From Eubacteriales bacterium (GTDB lineage: Bacteria > Bacillota > Clostridia > Oscillospirales > CAG-382), in the NCBI GenBank assembly GCA_045542335.1, contig JAZQKV010000116.1, positions 1,433 through 65,432 of the forward strand: 64,000 bases of DNA, written 5' to 3'. A program made the position numbers and the translations under genes. How positions within the stretch are numbered: position 1 is the stretch's first letter; each line of letters begins with the position of its first letter. This document shows positions 9,901 through 19,692 of the stretch, piece by piece. The notes beneath the pieces were generated by a model. The model worked only from the letters and a program-made list of their open reading frames with translations. It did not search any database and had not been told where the DNA came from.

Positions 9901-10680
9901 CTAAAGATTTTGTTCTATAATCTGATTGATTTTTGAAAGCCTTTCCTCTAAAAAAAGATTCCATTCTTTCTGACTGTTTTCAATAAACGGATTTATACCG
10001 GAGTTTTCTTGCTTTTTAAGCTTTTCTTCTGTATTGTTGTTTCCGAGATGATTCCCGAGAAATATTTCCACCTTTTCATTCTTGATTTTATTGATGCTTT
10101 CAATAAATATTCTCCGGCTTTCAAAGGGGAGATTATGCTCTTGCAAAAAAGCTTTCTGCAATGTGTTGGTTCCTGCTCCCCCGAACATCCCGGCACGGTA
10201 AGTTTTTTCTCCGTCGCTGACATCGAAGAAAAATGACATTGTACCGTCCGTATGCCCCGGCGTTGAAACACAATTTATACTTGTATTTCCCAGCTTAATA
10301 ATATCTCCGTCCTCTAAAAGAACATCGGGCTTAAAGGGTTTAATGGGATAGTGGTATATTTCACCTGTCAGAAGAGGCAAATCGGCTTTTCCTATAAAGG
10401 TTTTTGCACCTGTCATGGAAACGAGAGCATCTGCTGAATCCATGTGGTCAAAATGTGCGTGTGAAATAACAATGTATTTTATATCTGACGTTTTAAATCC
10501 GAGTTCCCGTATATTATCCACTATGATGTTTAAGCTTTCGGAATAACCGGGATCGATTATTATAAGTCCGTCGCCCGTATCAATAAGATGGGTGCATACT
10601 GCGCGGATACCTATAAAGTATAAATTTCCAAAAATTCTCGCCGGCTTTATGTATTGCATAAGGAGATCTTTGTCTGTCAT
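9901..10680 (-). CDS. MBL-fold metallo-hydrolase
   Basis: ISHAHFDHMDS (HxHxDH) motif and a downstream TPGHTDG. Confidence 0.85.
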   Translation of the reverse strand: MTDKDLLMQYIKPARIFGNLYFIGIRAVCTHLIDTGDGLIIIDPGYSESLNIIVDNIRELGFKTSDIKYIVISHAHFDHMDSADALVSMTGAKTFIGKADLPLLTGEIYHYPIKPFKPDVLLEDGDIIKLGNTSINCVSTPGHTDGTMSFFFDVSDGEKTYRAGMFGGAGTNTLQKAFLQEHNLPFESRRIFIESINKIKNEKVEIFLGNHLGNNNTEEKLKKQENSGINPFIENSQKEWNLFLEERLSKINQIIEQNL

Positions 10681-10681
10681 G

Positions 10682-11767
10682 TTATTTCATCTCCCATAAG
10701 TATTTAAGAGATTCTTTAAATCTTATGCCCTCTTCTTTAGTTTCAATCGCTGAGCTTGAGCAGACTTTTTCGTAATACCTGTCAAAGTTATCCTCTGTTT
10801 TTTCTATACCTATATCACCAATAACGCAGGGCATATTGTATTTTTTCATTAAATCAATCAGCAGCTTGTTGTTCTCCGGCTCACCGTTGAAATGATTCTG
10901 TATAAGCAGTCCCATGCCCACCAGTTCACCGTGAGTGTAAGGCTTTGATTGCTCGGGAAACAAAAATCTTGTTGCTTCGTAGAACTTGTGAGCTACCGCT
11001 GTCTGATTTGAACCCCTTGCAATTCCGCTTATAACACCTGTTGCCGAAATTGTTGTGAAAATGATGTTTTCAACATCGTCGGATATGTTGCCCTTTTGCA
11101 TATCGTCAATACATTTTTGCACCTTTTCATTGAGCAGATTGAAAGAATATTTTGACATAATATATGCATAGTCAAGACCAATAGGATATTCTGATGTTTC
11201 TTCGTTAAACCGCTGTTTTATTTCAACGAATTTTGCAAGAGCGTCAAACACTCCTGCAAGAAACAGACGCACAGGCTGAGCCGCAATCACCCCTGTGTCA
11301 GCTATAACGCAATTCACTTCGTTTTCGTAGTGAAGCGAGCCTACGGTCCTTCCCTCGGGGGAATACCTCACGCTGAGTGGAGTATATGCGGCACAGGTAG
11401 CGCTGGAGGTCGGCACGTTGATAACAGGGAGCTTTGAATAATAAGCACATAATTTTGCAAAATCGCAGATTACACCTCCGCCAACGCCGACTATGACATC
11501 ATATCCTTTTTCTTTTGCAAGTAAGGCAAGCTCTTTTGCACGCTCATCGTTGCACGTCCCCGTATGCACCACAAATTCATATTTATTGCACTTTCCCGAA
11601 ATGCTCTTTTCTATTTTTTCTCTTGTTATACCAAGTGCTGTTTTTCCGCCTATAATAAGCGGAGAAGTGCCCAGCCTCAGTACCTCGTCACCGACTTTTG
11701 AGATATATCCTTCACCCTGAATATATCTGCCACAACCTATTCTGAAAGATTCCTCTTTAATTGGCAT
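10682..11767 (-). CDS. iron-containing alcohol / glycerol dehydrogenase family protein
   Basis: GVGGGVICDFAK nucleotide-binding motif and HGELVGMG metal motif. The start was chosen at ATG 11767, with an AGGAGG RBS 8 nt upstream. Confidence 0.8.
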   Translation of the reverse strand: MPIKEESFRIGCGRYIQGEGYISKVGDEVLRLGTSPLIIGGKTALGITREKIEKSISGKCNKYEFVVHTGTCNDERAKELALLAKEKGYDVIVGVGGGVICDFAKLCAYYSKLPVINVPTSSATCAAYTPLSVRYSPEGRTVGSLHYENEVNCVIADTGVIAAQPVRLFLAGVFDALAKFVEIKQRFNEETSEYPIGLDYAYIMSKYSFNLLNEKVQKCIDDMQKGNISDDVENIIFTTISATGVISGIARGSNQTAVAHKFYEATRFLFPEQSKPYTHGELVGMGLLIQNHFNGEPENNKLLIDLMKKYNMPCVIGDIGIEKTEDNFDRYYEKVCSSSAIETKEEGIRFKESLKYLWEMK

Positions 11768-11885
11768 ATTCTTAACCTCCTGAAAGCTTCTTGACATAAT
11801 TTAATTATAGTGTTATAATAAGAAAAAAGGAATAGAATAAATTGACATAAATTTCAGCTTTATTGCTATTTTAGGAGGTTTTGAT

Positions 11886-12710
11886 GTGGTTTTCAGCGCA
11901 TATCAGGATACGGACAACGGTATCGGCGGAGTTTCGGTCGTTAGCAGCGGACATATCTTTGCCCAAACTGGAAGAAAAATAGACCGTCCTTGCGGAAGGT
12001 CCGATTATCTTTTATTCTATATATCAAAGGGCAGGGAGCATTTTTTCCTTGAAAATGAAACCGTCGGCAAAGAAGGGTCTTTTATATTCTTCAGACCCTT
12101 TGAACGGCAGGAGCACATATACTTAGAGAATAAAACGGGTGAGTTTTATTACGTCCACTTCAATGCCCCGGAGAATTTTGATTTGTTCGGCTTTGAAAGC
12201 TCCGTTGTGTATGATACAGAGCCGAGCGTCAAGGTGCGTGATTTGTTTGAGGAAATCATAAGCGAATTGCAAACAAAACAGCCTGCATATGAGATGCTAT
12301 GCGTTTCAAAACTTTTTAATATTATTTCGCTATTAATCAGAAAAACTGAAAAAGAATCCGCACCTCAAGGAAGATATTTTGACAAAATCTCCTTTGTTAT
12401 CCAGAAAATGAACAAGGAATACAGGAACAATTGCACTTTAGATGAATACGCAAAAATGTGCAATATGAGTAAGTTCCATTTTTTGAGGATATTTAAGGAC
12501 GTGACGGGCGCATCTCCCCTTGAGTACAGAAACAATATAAGGCTCGACCACGCAAAAGAGCTGCTGTTGGATACCAATCTTCCCGTGAATGAAATCGGGA
12601 GAAGCGTGGGCTATGCTTCCGATGCATATTTCTGCGATGCCTTCAAGGCGAAAATCGGGATGTCACCGAGTCAGTACAGAAAAAGTGATAAACAAAATGC
12701 TCGCCTGTAA
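11886..12710 (+). CDS. AraC family transcriptional regulator (cupin + HTH)
   Basis: C-terminal AraC HTH (SKFHFLRIFK...GASPLEYR..., GYASDAYFCDAFK..GMSPSQYR). GTG start with an AGGAGG RBS. Divergent from the ADH operon. Confidence 0.9.
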   Translation: MVFSAYQDTDNGIGGVSVVSSGHIFAQTGRKIDRPCGRSDYLLFYISKGREHFFLENETVGKEGSFIFFRPFERQEHIYLENKTGEFYYVHFNAPENFDLFGFESSVVYDTEPSVKVRDLFEEIISELQTKQPAYEMLCVSKLFNIISLLIRKTEKESAPQGRYFDKISFVIQKMNKEYRNNCTLDEYAKMCNMSKFHFLRIFKDVTGASPLEYRNNIRLDHAKELLLDTNLPVNEIGRSVGYASDAYFCDAFKAKIGMSPSQYRKSDKQNARL

Positions 12711-12724
12711 ATACAGGAGAGCAT

Positions 12725-12822
12725 TTATATGTATACAAATTCCCGAAAAGCCTCATCGGCTTTATGTATTGCGTAAGGACTTCTTGCCTGTCACATCAAT
12801 TTATTCCCCATAAGTATTTAAA
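12725..12822 (-). pseudogene. decayed duplicate of the ADH-3'end / MBL-5'end junction (copy of about 10612-10707)
   Basis: Aligned by eye to 10612-10707 with many identities, for example CGGCTTTATGTATTGC and CCCATAAGTATTTA. On the minus strand it reads ..KYLWGIN* then VTGKKSLRNT*, versus ..KYLWEMK* and MTDKDLLMQYIKP in the intact copy. Confidence 0.6.
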
Positions 12823-12841
12823 ACCTTATATAAACAGCTGA

Positions 12842-13369
12842 TTATTTTCTGAGTCCTGTCCGACACCAACCGGACGATTGTAAGGTTTTTGATATCATTG
12901 ATACGAGAGAAATGCTTTCGTTCAACACTCCAACCCATGAGCCCACAATTACATCGTAAATTAAAAACGTAACTGAAATGGGTATGGAAAGCAGTCTTAT
13001 GTTTGCCGTGTTTTTAAAGGTCAGCGATACAGTCACTAAGGCTGATGCACATATGGGAACAAATTGAATATAAGAATCTGCCAATATGGTTGCAAGACCG
13101 GCATTTATTGTTATAAATATCGCCGCCCAGATGACCTTGGTGTATCTGTTTTTGAACTTTTTCATAAATACCAGCTCACGCACAATGCCCATCATATTGG
13201 GGATTGCACCGCCAATGGCAAACAGCATTAAATAATGAGCTGCCCAGATTATATCGGATGCGAGTTTAAAATACAGATATTTCATACGGTCGGATTGCTG
13301 ATACATTATGAACAGCGAAAGCATTCCGCAGGCACCAACTATTTGTGCCGCAAATTGTAGCTCAGTCAT
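12842..13369 (-). CDS. small multi-TM membrane protein (YgjV-like)
   Basis: Five to six predicted TM segments. ATG 13369 overlaps the upstream stop (ATGACTGA). Family assignment is from memory only. Confidence 0.45.
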   Translation of the reverse strand: MTELQFAAQIVGACGMLSLFIMYQQSDRMKYLYFKLASDIIWAAHYLMLFAIGGAIPNMMGIVRELVFMKKFKNRYTKVIWAAIFITINAGLATILADSYIQFVPICASALVTVSLTFKNTANIRLLSIPISVTFLIYDVIVGSWVGVLNESISLVSMISKTLQSSGWCRTGLRK

Positions 13370-14444
13370 TGTCAAAATCAATCCACCAATGCTTTACATT
13401 GACACGACCCTCATCATACGCGTCCGAAGCCTGAACGAGGATTCGTTTTTCGCCGCCAAAACGACCTGTGACACAGTTGTTGGAATAATACGCCATGGTT
13501 CCCCAGCCCTTGGGGAGAGTTATACGAACATACTCGCCTTCATCCCAGGTTAAGCCGTCTTTTGATGTATAAAGAACGAAGTTGAACGGAAGCTCATCGG
13601 TATTGTTGCCTGAACGACCATGCATAAAATAAATGCCGTTTGCCTGACAGATCTGAGGGTTTCTTATGCGTTTTGCAAAATATGCACTTGAAGGCTCTGA
13701 CCAGGTTTTGCCCATATCGTAGCTGATGCAATAATCAGAGTGGTATTCATCGTTTTCGTTATAGTTGTATACAATGAGTCCACCGTCGGGCAGAAGTTCC
13801 ATTGCACCATAGCTTCTGCCAAATGTATCAAAGGGGAGGATACTTAGCTCTTCAAAGGTCTCTCCGTTATCAGTGCTTGTGAAAAGTCTGTAAACGTGTT
13901 CGGGTTTGTTGCCTGTCCATTTGATTTCCGCATCATTGCAGAATTCAAGTGCATAGATTGTGCCGTCCTTATACATTACATCCATCACGCGACCTCGGTG
14001 ACCGGTCATAAATTTTGCCTCAGTCCAGGTTTCACCGCCGTCGAAGCTTCTCAAAACAGCGGGCTCAAGGTAAGGCTCCCAACGGGTGATTTGCTTGTTG
14101 CGTAAACAGAAAAGAACGATTGTGCCGTCATCTGTACATACTGCTTTTTCACAGCTGATATTGCAAACGCCGTCAATAAAGCATTTGTAGCTGTAGTCTA
14201 AGACTATCGGAGAAGACCAGGTTTTTCCGCCATCGGTTGTGCGTTTGTACTCCATCCAGCCATAGCCAGTATGACCGTGTTCAATAGCTGCAGATGTGTT
14301 GCTGAAGAAAGCTAATATGCTGTCTTTTGCATATTCCACCAAGGCATGACCCATGTGTCCGCTACGGTATACACTTTCGTTGTCAACAAACATTATTCCG
14401 TCATTCGGTATGTTGTCAGGCGTGGTTCTGAATTCTCTTGCCAT
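13362..14444 (-). CDS. BNR/Asp-box beta-propeller protein (sialidase-like glycosidase), with no signal peptide
   Basis: Repeated Asp-boxes: TTDGGKTW, SFDGGETW, STDNGETF, SYDMGKTW, SKDGLTW. Confidence 0.75.
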   Translation of the reverse strand: MAREFRTTPDNIPNDGIMFVDNESVYRSGHMGHALVEYAKDSILAFFSNTSAAIEHGHTGYGWMEYKRTTDGGKTWSSPIVLDYSYKCFIDGVCNISCEKAVCTDDGTIVLFCLRNKQITRWEPYLEPAVLRSFDGGETWTEAKFMTGHRGRVMDVMYKDGTIYALEFCNDAEIKWTGNKPEHVYRLFTSTDNGETFEELSILPFDTFGRSYGAMELLPDGGLIVYNYNENDEYHSDYCISYDMGKTWSEPSSAYFAKRIRNPQICQANGIYFMHGRSGNNTDELPFNFVLYTSKDGLTWDEGEYVRITLPKGWGTMAYYSNNCVTGRFGGEKRILVQASDAYDEGRVNVKHWWIDFDND

Positions 14445-15171
14445 TTTTTATTATCTCCTTGTCGTAAATGATTGTAGATTTTCCGTAACTGTGTAGGTTT
14501 TTAATGCCTGAACATTCCATGTGGTGCATTTTATCTGTTTCGGCATCTATTTGATTTAATGCACAAATCATGTCTTTGCATATATCTGACGTGAGAGGCT
14601 CGCAGCCATGTCCTTCAAATATGGTTTCAACACCGTATTTCCGAAGCTTGTCATAGAATGCCGATACTTTTTTTGCATATTGCTCCGGCATATCACAGGA
14701 GTCCCAACATAGCCAGGTTTCACGGTTTATAATATCGCCCGTTAATGCATAGCCGTCGTTTTTATTTATAAAACAAAACGCACCGTCTGTATGTCCACTG
14801 AGTGCATAAGCCTCAAGCACCGTTCCTCCAAGGTCGATTTTTTCGCCGTGTGAAAGAGGGATAAGCTTCAGTCCCTCCTCCAACATCCCGCAATCAGCCA
14901 TGCCAATGTGTATCTCATCGAAATATGAAGCGTTTCCAACGTGGTCACGGTGTCCGTGAGTCAGGTATAGTGCTATGGGGAGAGCTGTAAAACGCCGTAG
15001 CAGCTTTAATAATCCGGGGTCCTTTTGATTTCCTGCATCTATTAAAGCTGCTTTGCTTGTCCCGATAACAAGCTGCATACAAAAAACAATACTTTTATCA
15101 TCGTGCGACTCACAAATAACAACCAGTGAGTCGCTGACTTTTTTTGCACCAAGCATTTCTTTCCACCCCAT
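14416..15171 (-). CDS. MBL-fold metallo-hydrolase
   Basis: LTHGHRDHVGN motif and SGHTDG. The start was set at ATG 15171 (MGWKEML...) because the 5' extension to 15318 runs into the divergent promoter region. Confidence 0.75.
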   Translation of the reverse strand: MGWKEMLGAKKVSDSLVVICESHDDKSIVFCMQLVIGTSKAALIDAGNQKDPGLLKLLRRFTALPIALYLTHGHRDHVGNASYFDEIHIGMADCGMLEEGLKLIPLSHGEKIDLGGTVLEAYALSGHTDGAFCFINKNDGYALTGDIINRETWLCWDSCDMPEQYAKKVSAFYDKLRKYGVETIFEGHGCEPLTSDICKDMICALNQIDAETDKMHHMECSGIKNLHSYGKSTIIYDKEIIKNGKRIQNHA

Positions 15172-15300
15172 GTTATGTTCTGAATAAAGTATAGCATGAA
15201 ATATGCATTTTTTTAATAAATATAATCTTATAAATATTGACAATAATCTTGTATTGTGATATAGTAAAGCTGAAATATCACAAAAGCGGAGATGTATATA

Positions 15301-16146
15301 ATGAAAAACACCAATCACAGTGTCAATACAATGTCGGACAGATATTTACAAGTGAATAATTGCAGTATCCAGACGCGTGATAATGGTTTTGTCGTTAATC
15401 GTAGTGAAGGATGGCGTGATTATCACATTCTGCTGATTATAAGCGGAAAATGTGTAGCGACCCATAAAGGAAAAGAATATGTGCTGTTTCCCGGAGGTGT
15501 TGTTCTGTATGCACCGGGGGAAGCTCAGAAATACATTTTTCTTCACGAGTGTAAATCACTGTGGATTCATTTCTCAGGTACAGCAGTCGGGGAAATATTA
15601 GATTCCTGTTCATTGAAAAGCGGTGCATACCAATTAAAACCGGATAATTATCTGAATGATATTTTTTATAATGTTATAAAGAGATTTCACAATGAGAAAA
15701 CCACAGAATATACAAATGCATCTGTGATTGAATTATTGTGCAGTATATCTGATAGAATCCATAGTCCCCGTACGCAAAACTGCCCGTCGGGGATATACGA
15801 TGTGGCAAACTATATTACCCGGAACTACAAGGATGATTTCACCATTGAAGAACTGGCAAAAATATCGGGATATTCTAAAAGCAGATTCTCTTTTCTTTTT
15901 AAATATCATATGGACAAAACTCCGATGGAATTTCTAAGGGATATAAGGTTAAGCTCTTCACGCGATTTGCTTATATCCACTGACCTTTCCATCAGCGAAA
16001 TATCCTTATGCTGCGGATATGTTGATGCCCTTTATTACAGCAGGATTTTTAAAGAAAAGTACAGTGTATCTCCCTTGCGATATCGTAAAGAAGAAACAAA
16101 AAAACAGATGTGTGAAAGATGCGAAAACAATACTCATAACCAATAA
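15301..16146 (+). CDS. AraC family transcriptional regulator
   Basis: AraC HTH (SKSRFSFLFK..DKTPMEFLRDIRL..., GYVDALYYSRIFKEKYSVSPLRYR). Divergent from the MBL / sialidase-like operon. Confidence 0.9.
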   Translation: MKNTNHSVNTMSDRYLQVNNCSIQTRDNGFVVNRSEGWRDYHILLIISGKCVATHKGKEYVLFPGGVVLYAPGEAQKYIFLHECKSLWIHFSGTAVGEILDSCSLKSGAYQLKPDNYLNDIFYNVIKRFHNEKTTEYTNASVIELLCSISDRIHSPRTQNCPSGIYDVANYITRNYKDDFTIEELAKISGYSKSRFSFLFKYHMDKTPMEFLRDIRLSSSRDLLISTDLSISEISLCCGYVDALYYSRIFKEKYSVSPLRYRKEETKKQMCERCENNTHNQ

Positions 16147-16249
16147 AATCACTATGTTTTACCATACGCCTCTCAAAGTTGCGATGTTTATACCGTGAGC
16201 AAATATTTATATATATCGCATGACTGCAAATGATGTATAGTTTAAAGAT

Positions 16250-16285
16250 AAACAAAACAGCCCGTTGTTGCGGGCTGTTTTGTCG
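16250..16285. terminator. bidirectional rho-independent terminator
   Basis: ACAGCCCG / CGGGCTGT stem flanked by an A-run and a T-run. It lies immediately after spoIVB-fragment copy C on the minus strand. Confidence 0.7.
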
Positions 16286-16312
16286 CTTATTTAACTCAGC
16301 ACTCCCTGTATC

Positions 16313-16420
16313 CCCCATACCCTTTTTGCGGATCGCCCGCCATGACGCAGGTCACGGCTCCGATTATGCGATTGTCCTGAATTATGGGAGAGCCACTCAC
16401 GAGTAATGTCAATATTGGAC
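16313..16420 (-). repeat. copy C of the spoIVB 3' end (50-bp identical core 16350-16399, displaced 3' end and foreign arm)
   Basis: 16350-16399 is identical to 27081-27130 and to 23315-23364. It reads [29 protein letters not shown].. on the minus strand. Confidence 0.9.
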
Positions 16421-16427
16421 AGCAAAT

Positions 16428-18674
16428 CTATTTTTCGTCAAACACATTCTCCGCTCTCAAAATATAGGCATCCTGCTCTTTTTTGTTCATATTATTCCAA
16501 AGAGTATTCCATCCGCAGATCCGAACCTGTAAATTTTGATATTTACAGGGATTCATCTGTGCATCCCGAAGTGTTTCGGTGTTGAAAATATTAAACTGAA
16601 TCGACTGACCACCTTTATTAAGATAAGCCATAAGAATACCTTTCAGTACCTTTAATCCGTCCTCGCCGCTAACAGCACTTGGGTGAAGCATAACATCAAC
16701 ACAAAACGATTCATGGTAATCCGATGGAATGAGATTGGTTGCTGATTCTATTAAAGCTGTAATACCATTTTTATCCATTCCGATTACCGGGCTTGCGTTT
16801 TTTGAAAGTTCTTCACCGCTTAATCTGCCATCCGGCAAAGCACCGGTTTTTTCTCCTTGGTTTATAAAAGCACGGGCGGAGTGGAATATCGCTTTATACA
16901 CACCGCCTCTGCCATTAGGTACATTGTTGACCTTATTGGCAAAATAGCTTGACATAGCCGATGCGTAAGTATCTGCCACAGCATCGTTGTTACCATATTT
17001 ATGTGGTGATTTTTTAATTTTAATCTGTAATTTTTCGTAACCCTTCCAGTTAGCTTCCAAAACCTTTGCAAGCTCAGACAGCGTTATTTCTTTTTTATCA
17101 AAAACAAATTCTTTTATAGCCATAATGCTGTCAACCGCACTGGCAAAACCGCAGTTGAGCATAGCATTGTTATTGAACTTAACCCCACCGCCGTATCCGT
17201 CTTTGCCGTTTTTCAGAGAAGTTTCAATTGTTGCAGAATACATAGAAGAAGGATTTACAAATGCAAGAAAACGTTCTGCATCATTTGTGATTTTCATACT
17301 TTGCTCAATGAGATATTCCCATTGTTTTAAAAAGGCAAAGTAGAAATCTTCAAAGGTTTTGATTTCTGATAGCTCACCTGTTTTTACACCAACCTGCTTT
17401 CTGATTCCATGATCATAACCATTAGTAAACACAAACTCAACTGCTTTTGCTGCATTAACATAACCTGATGTAGAGCTGACTTCATTTGCCCTGACTCCTG
17501 TTTCATAACATCCTCTGATATCATAGTAAATCGCTTCTTCATAAGTAGCTCCATAACCCATTATAGCTTTTATCATAGCAGGCTCACAGCAAAATACAAT
17601 GCTTGCATTTTTGCGGCGAACCATATCAAATGCTTTATATAAAATTTTATCGGGTGTATTTTTATTTATCTTTAACTGTATTTTAGGGTTATAGATTTCA
17701 AGCTCATCATACACATCAAGAATTTCGTATGAAAGTTCGTTGTACTTTGTGTTATTGTTTATATCTGTACCGCCCATATAAAACGGCTGCCCCCAATAGT
17801 TACCTATAGCAGACCACTGCATCAAAAAGTAAGATAAATAATTTCTTATATCCTCTTTTGTGCATTTACCTGACTCCAAATCATTTTTATAAAATTTATA
17901 CAACGTATTATCGAGACCATTCCCCAAAGAACGCACCTGATAACTGTCTATGGATTCGGAAATGATAAAATATAGATAGATAAGTTGTAAAGCCTCATAA
18001 AAGCAAGTAGGTTTTCCGTCACGAAGATTTTTAAGGCAATCGGCTATAAGAGGTGCCTTTTCAAAGGTCAGTCCGCAAGCAGTATGATACATTCTGTCAA
18101 TTAAATCAATAATTGCCGTATATTGAATTTCAATGCCATCGAAGAAAGAATCAGTTTCTTTGGTCATTGTTCCGTTTTGGATATGTGTTTTGCGATAGTT
18201 TCTTGCTCTTTCCCGAATACCGTAGAAACCCAGTTCCATCAAAGATTTCCAGTCAGGCACAACATGGTCATAATCTGTCCCAATCATTACCGCACCGGAT
18301 TGATTAAAATCATTGGAGCACTCCATAGTATCGGAATTTCTTAAGGTGTATGATTCTTTTTCCCATTTTTTGAAGGTGCTTTCGTTAGCCAAACGATTAA
18401 GCGAATAAAGTCCTACAAAATAATCATGCTCATTGATATACAACCGTTCATTTGCAAGAATATACTTAATAGCTTTTGCCCTTGCGACAGGATGCGGTAG
18501 CTGTGCTGTCTCTTGAGAAAGCAATTCAAGTCCTTTTAATAATTCTTCATCACTCAAACCGCTTTCTTCCATATATCCCGTTCCGTGATATGCCATACGG
18601 GCAAAAGGGTTAAATTCTTTTTCAGGATCGTGATATTTTCGTTCAATAAAATATCTGTCTTCAGAATTAATCAT
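16428..18674 (-). CDS. glycyl radical enzyme (PFL2 / glycerol-dehydratase-like family), substrate unknown
   Basis: C-terminal glycyl-radical motif QVRICGWN (Gly codon 16512-16514) and Cys-loop IRGCYETG (C-x-E). The start was set at ATG 18674, with an AAAGGTGGAG RBS. Confidence 0.8.
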   Translation of the reverse strand: MINSEDRYFIERKYHDPEKEFNPFARMAYHGTGYMEESGLSDEELLKGLELLSQETAQLPHPVARAKAIKYILANERLYINEHDYFVGLYSLNRLANESTFKKWEKESYTLRNSDTMECSNDFNQSGAVMIGTDYDHVVPDWKSLMELGFYGIRERARNYRKTHIQNGTMTKETDSFFDGIEIQYTAIIDLIDRMYHTACGLTFEKAPLIADCLKNLRDGKPTCFYEALQLIYLYFIISESIDSYQVRSLGNGLDNTLYKFYKNDLESGKCTKEDIRNYLSYFLMQWSAIGNYWGQPFYMGGTDINNNTKYNELSYEILDVYDELEIYNPKIQLKINKNTPDKILYKAFDMVRRKNASIVFCCEPAMIKAIMGYGATYEEAIYYDIRGCYETGVRANEVSSTSGYVNAAKAVEFVFTNGYDHGIRKQVGVKTGELSEIKTFEDFYFAFLKQWEYLIEQSMKITNDAERFLAFVNPSSMYSATIETSLKNGKDGYGGGVKFNNNAMLNCGFASAVDSIMAIKEFVFDKKEITLSELAKVLEANWKGYEKLQIKIKKSPHKYGNNDAVADTYASAMSSYFANKVNNVPNGRGGVYKAIFHSARAFINQGEKTGALPDGRLSGEELSKNASPVIGMDKNGITALIESATNLIPSDYHESFCVDVMLHPSAVSGEDGLKVLKGILMAYLNKGGQSIQFNIFNTETLRDAQMNPCKYQNLQVRICGWNTLWNNMNKKEQDAYILRAENVFDEK

Positions 18675-18786
18675 ATAATCTCCACCTTTCAGACATATTT
18701 TATCACAAAAAGAAATTAGTTTCAATGAATTAAAGAAAACACTTGACTTTTTAGAAACTAAATGATATAATAAATACGGTGATTAT

Positions 18787-19557
18787 ATGATTGATTTTAT
18801 GAAACAAGATTTTATTGTTGAAAAAATTGAGCTTGCATGTTTAGTAAAAGCCGGAAAAGGCACATTGATTCACAAAAACAGAGCAAGCCATGGACTGGCT
18901 TTGTTTTTAGGTGGAGAGAGAATCTTCTGTTTTGATGAGAAAAAAATCAAAGTTAATAAAAACACAATCGTGTATTTCCCAAAAGGTTCAAACTACATAA
19001 TCAAAGAAAGAGAATCTTCTGATTGCTATGCAATTAACTTTCAAATGCCTGATAATGTAGTTTTTGAGCCGTTTGCATTTAAAATAAAAAATCTTAACAC
19101 ATATTTAGAAAGCTTTAAAAACAGTCAAAAAATATGGGATAAAAAAGCGACGGGTTATTTGTTGAAGGTTAAATCTGAGCTTTACAGCATAATTTACAAT
19201 ATGCAGTCAGAATATGTTATTCCTTACGGTAACACATCAGTAATTCAACCTGCTATTGATTATATACACTCAAATTATTATAAAGAGAACATAAGTGTTG
19301 TTCATCTGGCTTCGCTCTGCAATATTAGCGTTGTGCATTTAAGAAACTGCTTTATTAAGGTCTTTGCCATATCTCCTGTCAGATATATAAATTCTCTTAA
19401 GTTAACCCGAGCAAAAGAGTTGCTTGAATCAGGGCTTTATACTGTTGGTGATGTTTGCTTCTTATCCGGCTATAATGACGAAAGCTATTTTTCTCGTGAG
19501 TTCAAAAAAATTTTTAAGCTATCACCAAAAGAATATGTAAAAGCATCCCGCAAATAG
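18787..19557 (+). CDS. AraC family transcriptional regulator
   Basis: AraC HTH (SVVHLRNCFIKVFAISPVRYINSLKL..., GYNDESYFSREFKKIFKLSPKEY). Divergent from the GRE gene. Confidence 0.9.
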   Translation: MIDFMKQDFIVEKIELACLVKAGKGTLIHKNRASHGLALFLGGERIFCFDEKKIKVNKNTIVYFPKGSNYIIKERESSDCYAINFQMPDNVVFEPFAFKIKNLNTYLESFKNSQKIWDKKATGYLLKVKSELYSIIYNMQSEYVIPYGNTSVIQPAIDYIHSNYYKENISVVHLASLCNISVVHLRNCFIKVFAISPVRYINSLKLTRAKELLESGLYTVGDVCFLSGYNDESYFSREFKKIFKLSPKEYVKASRK

Positions 19558-19572
19558 CAGGATGCTTTTTCT
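19541..19572 (+). terminator. rho-independent terminator after the AraC gene
   Basis: GCATCC / GGATGC stem, then TTTTTC. Confidence 0.5.
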
Positions 19573-19573
19573 G

Positions 19574-19660
19574 TCACTTTATTCTTTCAGCCTCAGCCAG
19601 CATATTCTCAATAAAAACGCCATAGCCCTTTGTCGGCTCGCTGCAATTACGCAGTTCACA
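19574..19660 (-). repeat. copy D of the spoIVB 3' end (diverged, lacks the core)
   Basis: 19599-19640 aligns to 27025-27066, with the first 20 nt identical and about 37 of 42 identical by eye. The minus strand reads ..EPTKGYGVFIENMLAEAERIK*, against DPQKGYGVFIENMLSEAEKMK* in SpoIVB. Confidence 0.75.
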
Positions 19661-19692
19661 AGAAACTAAAACCCGTATCGGCAAAGCTATGG

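Noticed and set aside
15172-15318. 5' extension of the MBL hydrolase ORF to 15318
   Set aside because: The extension has no RBS, runs through the AT-rich divergent promoter region, and overlaps the AraC start. MGWKEML at 15171 is the plausible start.
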